Source: Spongospora subterranea f. sp. subterranea (Eukaryota). Taken from it: DNA of 49,135 bases. Below are positions 35,834-47,479 of the stretch, one piece after another. Position 1 is the first letter of the stretch. Each line of letters begins with the position of its first letter. The translations under genes were made by a program, and so were the position numbers. The notes under the pieces are model-generated. The model saw only the letters and a list, made by a program, of their open reading frames with translations. It did not search any database and was not told the DNA's origin. Location: NCBI GenBank assembly GCA_049724395.1, contig JAUGWO010000067.1:124001-173135 (forward strand), in the 5' to 3' direction.

Positions 35834-36540
35834 GGACAATAGTATCAGGATCGGGAAGTGATGACCACTCTTAGTCCTAATCGTCTAATGCATATAATCT
35901 CAGGATAAATTCAATGACAATTACTTGTTGATTCCCTGTCATCGGAATAATTAAACAATCAGAAGACATTGAATCGGCGAAGGTTTTGTTCATGGGAAAG
36001 ATGGCTTTTGCGGTCTCTTTAATGATGGCCACTGATCTCAACATGTAAGTTGCCGTTTCTGATTACCGAAATCTGAATATTTGAGAACCAATTGAACGAC
36101 CAACGAGAGCTTCGCTGTGATTGCAGAGTGGAAACGTTTCTGGTATGGTCCAATATGAACAAGCTGGTGAACCAGGCAAGAATCAGGTTCACAAAATCTC
36201 TTTCCATCTACGTCATCTGATGAACATGAATCGGTTTATCCTTCAGGTCCACTGTTCCAATTGAGAAGTTTACTCAGTGTTATCGGTAATTCGTAATTAT
36301 TCTAATCAGGTGTTCCCTCATATTTTCATCTCAGTATCCACCACACAGCGAGTCGGTTCCCGGACAAGTTCCCTCAACCAGTACACAGCACCACATAACC
36401 GTCCATGTCGTTACAGTGCTCGGCAAAACCACTGGAAGTCCACGTGGTCATGCAGGCCCACATGTAACGTGACACATGATGACGTAAGCACTTTCATCAC
36501 TTTTTCCATATTCTAATTGATTCCGTTTCGATCAACATCA

Positions 36541-38273
36541 ATGAAATCTTCGACTATGATGATGATTTTTGCCGCCATGGCGTTATTTGCTCTATCATCC
36601 TCAGGAAAGGTAATTAATTGACTGCTTATGCCAATCACATTTTTTTGAAATCTCACCATACTCAAAATCTCAGCTTCATGAGACGGGTTCTTCGACGAGT
36701 CCAACTGTAAGTTTCACAATCGTCCACAAACGGGGGTTCGTTCACTTGACCATCGACGTCAGGAACCGAACCTGACCGAGTTCCAGAACGTCAATCATCA
36801 ACTGTCTAATGAACTTGAACACGACGAAACCGTATCTGCCATTGGAGACACAACAAAGGTCAATTCAGCCATAGTAGTGAGGATCAAGTTGACATTCCCC
36901 CATTAGGATCTGGAACCGAATGAGAATGGTTTCCCCCAGACTATGAAACCATCTCTCTCCCAGATAATGTTTGGACTATCTTATGCCGATATTTATGTAA
37001 GACTTTTTGTATCGCTATGACTATCTGTGTTCACCTGACAAATGTGAAACAGGACTGCATAAAATCTTTACCACAAGTGGGAGATGAGCTAAAATTAGAT
37101 CAGGTATAGGGGAAACACCACGTCCCATTGGGTTCAATCATGACTAATGTATTCAGTGGGCAAACCGCATGTTATTATGTCTGAGTAAACCCTATGGGAA
37201 TTTGAATATATCGAAGGTCAGTTTTAGCCAACAGAGTAGAGTGCGAATTTTCGTTCTTTGACCATTCAAATTAGGATCGCGAGCCGAACGGGACGTGGTT
37301 CTCCCAGTTCATGGTTGGACTATTTATCGCTATGAATTACATGCATCTGACAATTGTGAACTGACGCAGAACTGGATTACCTTTGTCAAAAGGGTCGACT
37401 ATGGTATAATCCCAGAGGTATATTCTTGAAGAGACCGTCCAATTGGGTTTGGTCCTTTTGATCAACACAATAATATTCTGTTTGTTGCCAACCGCAATTT
37501 TCTATGGTTGATTGTACAGAGTGTTAAGTCTAGTCATTTGACCGTCTCCTTTAGGATCTGGAACCGAATAAGCATGGTGTCTCCAAGATTACGGTTGGAC
37601 CGTCTTTGGTCGAGATTTTGGTTGGAATGTTAATCGCCATCCATTCCGTTCAACTGACAACTGTGAACTGATACAGAATGCAATTAAATATTTTGCAAAC
37701 CCCAAAGATGAGAGAAAAGTAGAGAAAAATAATCTAAGCCCAGAGGTACTTGTTTGAACAACCTTCCAATTGGATTCATCATGTTAATTATCACGATCAT
37801 ATTTAGTTTGTCGAACCGATGCTTCACTATGTTTAAGTGACCCCTTTGAGGATCTTGAAATATTCGGTTTCAGCGAGTGTGAAGTTTATTTATTTGTCCA
37901 TCTCCTAGGAAGAGAAAATGATGTCAAATTGGTCACCCATTACTCACGTTGCATTTTACATCCTTCTTGCTGGCGACAGTAACCTGATGCAGGAGTTCCT
38001 ATCAAGTGTTGGGGCGGACCCTGCTAATCAGAATGAATTTCTGGATGAGGTCCACGAGGTATATTTTCAAAAAGACGTATAATTGGGGTTTGTTTATTTC
38101 CTTCCTCTCTATAAAATTTAGTTGAGGTGCAACATTTTTGATGATCACCGTAAACCCTTTGAAAGTCTGAAGATTCTCAATGTCAGATCACCATCAAAAC
38201 AGAATGATGGATGATTTGTTTTTGATTCTTTTCTCAGGCACAGGCAAACGAACACCAAATCTCAACTACGTAG
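36541..38273 (+). CDS. Secreted short-exon family, copy 2
   Basis: Signal peptide MKSSTMMMIFAAMALFALSSSGK. Exons 36541-36609, 36674-36706, 36763-36858, 36907-36996, 37053-37103, 37157-37216, 37275-37313, 37370-37417, 37555-37620, 37677-37745, 37909-38058, 38122-38181, 38238-38273, all phase 0. An apparent 1-nt deletion creates TAG at 38271. The homologous last exon (EEYNGNQGHTIP*) ends at 38375. Confidence 0.8.
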
Positions 38274-40244
38274 ATCGGTCCTCGGTAATCATCGTTAACA
38301 CCATTTGTCCTAGTTATCTGATAATTATAGTCTCAGGAGGAATACAATGGGAACCAAGGCCATACCATTCCATAAAAAGAGTGATGGTTTTTTTTTTTGT
38401 TATCGTTCCCTCATCAGGGAAAATATCAATAAAATTACTTGTATATGATACACCAATTGAACGACCACCCAAATTTTGACCCGCCAAAGTTTTCCTGACG
38501 TCGTCAAAGTTGGTAAACTATCCCAAAATGCGATTATTTATTGATATTCACTCACACCTCGGGCGTCACTGATTCAATGGGCGGACGAGCTCTCGCAATT
38601 TGAGTGTCCCACTATTCCCTCAGATTTTTTTTGTTAACTGACAGGTCCGCTCTGGACATCTTTCTAGAATGTTATCATCATCGGTCCAGATGCAGGGTAT
38701 CTTGGACTCCCTCCCGGTATCGCTGGGCACATATCAACTAAAACCCAGAATCGGCGACCGACCGTAATTGTCCGACTTGATCCGTCTTGAAATTGTTTCT
38801 TGTCATCATTAATCGACTGACAGTTCAGCCATCTGACAGAGCTATTGATGTCATCTTCTGATAGCCGATTGATAATCAAGACGAGAAAGGCAGAAACAAT
38901 TCCACTTAATGAGAATATCTGTCCTCGGTTTTGATCCATTGGTTCTATTCGTCAATGAAGGAGGAAATAAAGGCCACCAGATTATTCGAATAGATTATCC
39001 CTGTTTCGGATGTTTGCCAAATCTTCTTAAGTTTAGGTTCAAGATAAATTACCAAATGATTTTTCACATACATGGTGTCCCTATCGTGCCTTGACCTTTC
39101 GTAATCGTCATGTTGGTAGACCTTGTTCGCCATCCAGCGATCGGTTCCAGAAGTGGCAGAACGAGTCTGACCCCTCGAATAGATCGCAGGTTGAGATGAA
39201 CAATTACTGTCATGATATCAAGTCTACTCGCATCCCGCCAGAACCGTAAATCTCCTGTCCAAGGCAGCAGCAATGGCGAAGACCCTAAACAGGCTTGTTC
39301 AACTCCAAACAATCAGAGCCAACGGGTTTCTTTGGATGAGTAATTCCTTTATAAAGTTATTGATTCTTGCTTGCTACAGAGGTCAAATACAGTATTGAGA
39401 AGCTTTGGAGCTAGTAGTCGTCAAGGGCCAATCAGAACATTGCCATCAAAGAGCTTTGCTACATGGTGATGGAGATCACCATCGCCAACCCTCAATGCAA
39501 ATGATCTCGAAGAGAATTACGACAACGTAAAACAGATGTCTCATTATGTCAAGACTCACAAGGTTCGAGAACGGCGCCATTACGCAATCAACGGACACGA
39601 CAAAAGTCACCAGTGCAAATGAAAAATGTTGTCCAAGATATTCGCCCAAAATCGGCTATGTTATGTAAAACAAAGGTTCATGGGTTCTTAATGGAAGAGC
39701 ATTTACAAAACGTCGACATATTTGAAGCGGATATCAACATAATCCTACGAAGATTGGCCCAATTTTAGGCACAATACGTACAAAGGTAAGTTGTTTTGAT
39801 TGTGTTGAGAGCGCGATACTAGAATAGTGCCACCTCGAATAGGAATATTCAATGTTCAACATTTGTCTTGCACTCCCAACCCAATGCAAATGCATGAAAC
39901 TCGCAGCGATATGTCATCATCGCAAGCTATTTGCAAACGTTTACCTAAATTCCGACAGTATTGTCAACCGTAGTAACTTACACCTTTTTCTGTCGACACC
40001 CAGGGGGGAGCGCCTTGGAGCGCCCAGCTTGTCCGCATCCGGACAAAAGTTGTCAAGACGAGGTCCGAAAATGGACATGAGTGGACACTGGACACTGGAC
40101 ACGTCAACAGTGGACACATCAACACAGTCAATCCGAGTTGCTAAACCTAACCGTCCCTGGCGTTACAGCAACCGGCACGGCATTTGTCATGCGCTGTTCA
40201 TCATTATCATAACTTTTGTTGTAGATTCCATTCGATCACCATCG

Positions 40245-41618
40245 ATGAGTTCCTGGTCTCTCTTGATTGTCGCCGTTATGGCGTTATTTGCTCTATCATC
40301 CTCAGTTAAGGTAATTATCTGTTTATGCCATTGAGTGTTCACCTATCTCATTATAATTCAACAAACTCAGGTGCACGAGACGGTTCCTTCAACGACTACA
40401 ACTGTAAGTTGCACGATCATCCACAACTGGGGGTTTAATCATTTGACTACCTCCATTAGGATCTGAAACCTGATGAGAGTGCTTTCTCCCAGCTTATGGA
40501 ATCATCGCTCTCCCAGATTATGGATGGACTATCGTGGGACAAGCTTTACGTTGGACTAGTTATTGTTGTTTACTTTCATTCATCTGACAACTGTGCATTG
40601 AAAACAGGATTGCATGAATCGTTTATCCGATGAGGGAGACGAAGAAGAAGGAGACGAGAAAGAATTACCTCAGGCATTTTTTTTTATCGTCCAATTTAGT
40701 CCGGTTGTGTTAATCATCACTATGTTAATCAGTGGGCAAACCGTCTTTTGCTATGGCTATGTGAACCTTATGAAAGTTGTAAAATAACAAAGGTCGGTCT
40801 CAATCAACAGAGTAGAGTGTTTAGTCGATTGACCAATCCCCATTAGGATCTGGAACCAAATGAGAATGGTGTCTCCACCAATATGGTTGGGCTATCTTTG
40901 TCCGAGATTTCGGTTGGACTGTTAATCGCTATCCATTTTCATTCATCTGACAACTTTGAACTGAAAACAGACTGGCATTGAATATTTGTCAAACCCCAAA
41001 GCTGAGACTGCACTAGAGAAAGATAATATTACCCCAGAGGTTCGGTCATGTCAATCACGATTATCATATTCAATGGGCAAACTGAAATTTACTTTTTTTG
41101 TACGTGAACCCTATGAGATTTTTTCAATATTCAGTTTCAGCCAACACAGTAGCGCTTGAAATTTGTTCATTTGTCCATCTCCATTAGGACGAGGAACTGA
41201 TTGGAAATGTGTCACCGCTGATTCACGTCGCATATTTCATCCTTCTTTCTGGCAACAGTAACCTGATGCAGGAATTGATTACATTGGTAGGGCCGGACCC
41301 TGCCAGCCAAAACGAATTTCTGGATACGGTCAACAAGGTGATTAATTCTAGAGACTTCCACCTGAGTTTTGTTGACATCCTTTTTCTCTATAATATTTAG
41401 TTCAGGGTCAAACTGTTGCCAGATCCGGTCCCGACCTTTGAACATCTGAAGATATCGAATGTCAGTTCACTATCAAAATGAGTGGATAATGACTTGTTCT
41501 GATTTATTCTTAGGCCCAGGAAGACGAAGACCAAATTTCAGCTACTGAAGATCGGCTTTCGGTAATGATCGCAATCTCCCATTTTTCCCTTTCCGCTGAC
41601 GACCTTCAGGAGGAATAA
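40245..41618 (+). CDS. Secreted short-exon family, copy 3
   Basis: Signal peptide MSSWSLLIVAVMALFALSSSVK. Exons 40245-40310, 40371-40403, 40460-40549, 40608-40673 (GC donor), 40733-40792, 40847-40912, 40971-41039, 41188-41337, 41401-41460, 41514-41561, 41610-41618, all phase 0. Confidence 0.78.
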
Positions 41619-42529
41619 GCGGCGATAACGGACATCTTATTGTTCAAATAAATCAACCCTGTATTGGATGCTCGCCAAATGTTCATCATCAAATTGAGGT
41701 TCCAGATATTGAACCAAACGACCCCGCCTCTCATGGTGCCCCCTTCGCCCTAAAATCTCCATATGGATAAACTTTGTTTGCCATCGAACGCCTTTTTTCT
41801 GAAGTGGGCGAACGAGTCGAGCATCTCTGAATCAGCATGAGATGAACCATCATGTTCATTTGCTCAATCCTACTCGCATCCCTCCAGAATCGCAAACTTT
41901 CTGGTCAAGACAGCAGCAGCAATGGTACTACACAACCAACACGCTTATCAAACCCCAAACAATCAGGGACAACACTTTCTGTGAAACTACCGCTTTTTAC
42001 GCCCGACCAAGGTCAGATGGAGATATTGATACTAGAAGTTTTGGATCATCGGTTCAGAGGTAAATCGCTAAATACCAATTGTACTCTTGGTCTCGCGAGT
42101 CCTATGTATCTACATAGGCAGCGAAAAATGACCAAACTATGCACTGAAAAAGTGGTCTGAACCATTACCCAATCTTTGTACCTGTTTTGTAAAAAAAAAT
42201 GGGAAAGATCAATGCCCTCTCCAGACAGCTCGGGTTAAGGGATATCACAGAACCCGTCAAACGGATTGCTGTAATTACATTCACTGAACAAGAAAAGGGA
42301 ACCAGGAACAACACCGCTGTTTCTTTAGCACATTCACAACGACAGCGTTAACTCTTCTTGGCTTTGTCGGTAGTGATTTTAGCTGGTTCATCCATGACAG
42401 TAATCGGTTATAATGTGTATATTTGTGCCTGGACAGTATTGATAAATCGCTATATCCAATCCTATGTTCAGCGCGATGATCTCACATTCATACGAAGATG
42501 TCACTATCGATCCTCGTTTGACTGTTGTT

Positions 42530-42832
42530 TCAGTCTCCTCTGCCTCTGTTTTCGGGCCCGTTTTGGTTCCTTTTGCGATTGTCGATCAGAATTGCTGCTG
42601 CACCTCCACCCTGGTCACGTTTGAAACTTCCATCTGTCCATAGCTCGATGTCAGGGTTCTTTGGTAACAGTTCTCCTTTTTTTGTGTTTCTTGATTGCCT
42701 TTTCCTATTTGATGTGTGGAATCTAACCTGATTTAGTCCCTCAAGGATGTTGAGCGATATCTCTGTTCTCGCATGAATGGGGGCATATTCTTCTGGCACT
42801 CTTTCTCTGAGTGATTTCCATACTTCGTCCAC
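42530..42832 (-). mobile_element. RNase H N-terminal fragment, probably from a non-LTR retrotransposon
   Basis: IELWTDGSFKRDQGGGAAAILID matches RNase H motif I (YTDGS...G.G.A). The fragment is truncated. Confidence 0.6.
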
Positions 42833-43284
42833 CCATCACCTTCTCCATCCCATTCCGTGTATTATCTGCCCGATAATGTCACCTTTGCCTGAGCAGCGAG
42901 CGAGTACTATCATGGTTGTTTCTGTCATGATTTTATCTCTCAATAGTGGGAATCCAGATATTGCATGTAGTATTGTTATTGGTGTTGATTAAAACATCCC
43001 GTATATGTTCTCATATATCATTGACGATTCCATCAATGAACGCCCAGACACACTTTTAGTGTTGGCCCGGCGGCATAGATCGCGGATGTGTATTGAGACA
43101 GACGCTCCCTATGAACACGTTCATTGAAATGTATTCTTGCGCTGGACACAAGGATACATCAACACTACGAGCAAATTGTCTCGAGATCGACGCGATCGAC
43201 CTACCAACTTCTGCCATTGGAAGCCAGTCGTAACGTCTCAGTTAAACGGCGAAACAACAGGGCAATGCCTTCGATTCTGCTTCC

Positions 43285-43515
43285 GCTTGTGGTATGGCAT
43301 ACAAAGGTTTGAGGGTTTTTTATGGGTCGGGTAATCCTGTGTACTACCAGGCTTTCCCTACTTCCGCTTGGCCGATACATGTAGCTTTGGTATTCACTGA
43401 AGGAACCTATTAGACCAGCTGGGATTCACCCCCAGAACCTGTCCTAACGACCCCACCGAATGGGACCTGCCCTCAACCGATTACCATTGCCTATCCAGAG
43501 CTGTCGAGTTTACTG
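43285..43515. repeat. Dispersed ~230-bp repeat, inverted homolog of ~4330-4555
   Basis: Shared strings gcaggtcccatt, ggtcgttaggacaggtt, gcggaagtagggaaa, cctggtagtacacagg and acctttgtat. Confidence 0.8.
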
Positions 43516-44143
43516 CCAGGCAGGTCACTCTCCCACATTCATTATGGACATGTGGTCAGACCCACTTATTTCAACGAAATTATTCTCCTCGCTCTTCATG
43601 ATAACCCGGGTTATAGTGCTTTATAAGGGGATAAAGGGTTTTTAAAGAAATATGCTTGACCTCTTCGGCATCACTGACAAAGACATCTCATCATTTGAGA
43701 ATCGAAGTCCGGAACAGCAGCGCCAATTGTTGAATTGTTGAGTGAAATCATAGCAAGGAGGTGATATCGACTAGACCCACATCTTTCCGATGCCGGGATA
43801 GAAGGATTGAGGGGCGTTCTGCAACGAAACAGTTTGTTTTGAAATAACTACCCGCCATTATGTGCTTCCATGAACAGATTGAACCAAACATGGCAGGCTG
43901 AATGCCCCTCTTTCCTACATCACTGGCTTCAATAAGCATCTTCAACGTGATTTGGCATGTAGTAGAGAAACGCACCTATCAAATGCAGAACTGATTCACA
44001 GAGAGCAAAAGTTGAATAGGTGGGAGAGGAGAATCGGGTACCTAAACACTGGTGTTTGACACCTAGAGCCGTTCCATTTTTGACTCTGACCTCATCCTTG
44101 GCAATTGGCGAACCGCGCTACTGTTGCGCCATCCAATTCTCCA

Positions 44144-46402
44144 ATGCGTGTCCTCAACTTGTTGGGATTGCTGGTTGTGGCGACCAGACCGACTCGATCT
44201 GCGACAACCGAACCTGTTCATGGCTGGGACGCACCGCTTGGCACAGGTCAGGCCAATGCCGCCACAAGAATCGCCTTCCCGACGATCTCGGTATGGATGG
44301 CGGAATGTCGCTCCAAAGAGTTGCCTAAATTCCGAGATCATTTGTCGCCGTCGCAGGAGTGGGCAACGCCCCATGACGAGACCCAAGTTTTAAAATTTCC
44401 AGTATTCGAATACTCGAAATGGGAGTCAAATTGGCTGCAAGGCAATTCCTTGTTGGAGTTTGATTTTTCCGATATCAATGGGGTCGAACAGTTTGGTGAA
44501 AGTTCTTCGATGAATGTAGTCGCCATTCATCTTCATACTGAGATTCGGCTTGTTAAGTGTTTCTTTAGGAATGGGACTCGAGCCCGGGTTCGAATATTGA
44601 CGCGTCCCATATCAGTATCGATTCTCAACAGTTGATCCAAGAGGGCGAGAACCTCGATTGCCTGATCGATCCAAATCGAATTCCCATCAAGTCGAAAATT
44701 TCGCCCTCAAAAGACTCTTTCGAGAACCTCGTGCCCGATAACAGAAACGCCCACCAGATTGGCAGTTCCTCCAAAAATTTAGCCGTTCAGTTCATGTCTA
44801 ACTTGTGTTTCGGTTTGCTAAGTTCGTCTCAGGATTGGAACCCGAACACGAGGTCAAACCGTGATGCATCCCGTATCAGTATTGATGGTCAACAGTCAAT
44901 TGAAAGTGTAGAGGGCAAAATTTTCGATTGCCGCATCGAAAATACGATCAATTCGAAAAACCAGCCTGTTGACGTTCGTGAAAATTTCGTGCCAGTAAGC
45001 GATTGCAGAGGATCGTGATTACCAACGTCTGCTTATGGCGTATTAGGATGGATTTCCGAAGCGGACTCGCAAAATGGTTCCGTTCTGTAATACCAAGTTT
45101 GTGTTGGAATTGAGAATGCTGTGTCGGCACCTAAACTGGGACCTGGATGAGGTCAAAGATTATGATAGCCTCTGTGTGTTTCTGGTCAGAACTCTGGTTC
45201 CCCGCTGGGATTTAATGATCACAAACGGTATCGTCTGCTTAGGGAAAGGAGGCGAATCCAGAACAGGTCGAGTTTCACGACAGTGTCGCCATGACCGAAC
45301 ACATAATGGAACTACTGTTGCGCGGCAATTCGGGGCGGAATAACGTTGAGGTCGGACAAAACAAAATTTTTCCGATTTTCCTCGACCTAGAATATTTGGC
45401 AAGGCAACCAGCACCCTGCAAAAACTGATCCGAATTTCAAATTTTGTTTTGAAACTGGTCTCTTGCAGAAATTCGCTCTGCAGTATCAGTACTAGGATGA
45501 TTACCTGTCTCAAGGAGGTCTGTATCCCCGTCCTTCACTGTCTTGTGAAATGTTGTGGCAAAGACATTGACCTGTTCCAGACACGTTGGGGAACCCTTGC
45601 TCATCACCGTTTTTTTGGAGCGTCTTGCTGCCCCGGTCGTGGATCAAATCATAACACCTGCGGTTACCACAGGATGAAAATCGTCAGAAACCCTGACAAC
45701 AGGTTTTTCATTCGCATTTTGTTAGAAATACTGATGAACGTTTGTGCTTTCAGAGTCAAAGAGTCCGGTTTAATGTATCTCAGAGCTCTTGCTGTTGCTA
45801 TAACATCGTCAAAAATCGCAGAAGAAAAACTCAAACTGTGCTGTGAATTCTACGAGAAATACCAGTCAAGTGGGCCAGTGGCTCGAAGACTTCTCCGATC
45901 ATATGTTTGCCAGTCTCCGAGACCCATCTGGGGGTGCTTTGTTCATCACTGTGGTCAAAATATCAATGAATGGATTCGAAAATGGGGCCAGAAATTCACG
46001 CATTATCAATTCGGCAGACGGAAATGTCAGGGCTTGGAGTCCCTTGATTGCGGATCAATCGACCGACCATTTGATATTCCAGCAAGACTTAATCTTCGCC
46101 ATAAATCAACCCGAAATCTCCTCCCAGCGCTTTCCAAAATTCTCGAAGCGTATGATCAGTTCGTGATTGCGAAGACAACATCAATGAGATCGGCTCATCC
46201 GGATTTAACCACCTTGATCAGAAAATGCCTTTATCCTGTCAACAATTGTTGGCATCGTCATTGCGGTGGAAGTGTTGAGGAATTTGTTCGGAGATGGGGA
46301 GGATCAATATCCTACCCCAAGTTCAGTCGCGATTGCTGTCCTGGAACAGGCCGACAGGAATCTGATATCTGTCAATATCATTATCTTTCGTCCCAAGTAT
46401 AG
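44144..46402 (+). CDS. Multi-exon putative secreted protein with three C-terminal Cys/His/Trp repeats (at least one apparent frameshift)
   Basis: Hydrophobic N-terminus MRVLNLLGLLVVA. Exon-like blocks with GT-AG ends. The 317-aa terminal ORF has three copies of P(V/I)xxCxxx(H/C)CGxxxxx(F/W)xxxWG...F...CxG. Confidence 0.6.
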
Positions 46403-47479
46403 ATGAGGGTTGACTCTCCAATGATTCAACAAACAAGGTAGATGGAGTCAAATAAACATGGTGGGTTTATGATAGTTTCACAAGGTTTATAGGAATGTTC
46501 TGCTGTATTCATATCATTTTTCCGTGTAAATCCGTTGATCTGGCCAACATTGACCAAGACACATATGTGGATTCAACACCTCCCCCCAACTCACGCTCGA
46601 TTGATTTCGATTGATTTTGTTGTTGAGTCTAATGAATAGGTGGAGTCGGGAGCCATCAGATATGATGATAGCGGAAGGGAATGACTATAGATCCCACCCC
46701 GAATTGAGCACAACCCAATCATCTTCGGGTTGGACATCGTACGCAACAGAAAGCGTTAAGCGTTGTCACAGCGTCAAAATGATTTTGTTTTTGGTCAAAC
46801 AATGGTTTTTATCATTATACAAAAGATGGCGTTGTTTGTTTTTGGTGAGTTGCGATCGTCAAGGTGGTCTATCCGGATATCCAGCGAATCCACTTGTTTT
46901 GACGTTTCGTTCAATATATATTGGTCACGATTTTGGTTTTCTGTCATCTTCAATTGTAGTTCAAACGACGATAATAATGGATCGTGTTGAGGTTCATCTC
47001 CTCTCTCTATCGCTTGTTTCGCGAGTTTGTTAATCTCTTTGCTGTTGACAGCAGCGTCAATTGTTGGATTGACGAGCGAAATCGTAGGAAGGAAGTGGTG
47101 TCATCTAGACTCACATGGAATCACTCCGATGTCGGGATAGGAATATTGCAGGGAGCTCTTAAACGAAACACGATCTTACGAACTACCCGCCATTATCTGC
47201 TTTCATGAACGGGTTGAATCAAACATGGCAGGTCGAATGTCCCTCTCTCCTACGACATTGGCATCATCCAAAACATTATGCGGCATGTAGTAGAGCAACG
47301 CCCATATTAAATGCAGAACTAAATCACAATAGGAAAGCTGAATAGGTGGGAGAGGATAATCAAGTAAACCCCCTGGTGTATGACACCTAGACCCGTTCCA
47401 TTTCTCGTTCGTCTCATCGTTGACTCTGAACTCATCCTTGACCGTTGGCGAACCGACTTACTGTTGCACCATTTCTCAA

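Noticed and set aside
38122..38285. Compensating frameshifts across an intron in family copy 2
   Set aside because: On re-reading, exon 38122-38181 is a normal 60 nt. There is only a single apparent deletion, giving an early TAG.
40060..40125. TGGACAC short repeats as a MITE end
   Set aside because: No matching opposite terminus or TSD found.
46450..47150. Possible Ulp1-like protease remnant between the tandem genes
   Set aside because: Catalytic His/Asp/Cys motifs cannot be read convincingly.
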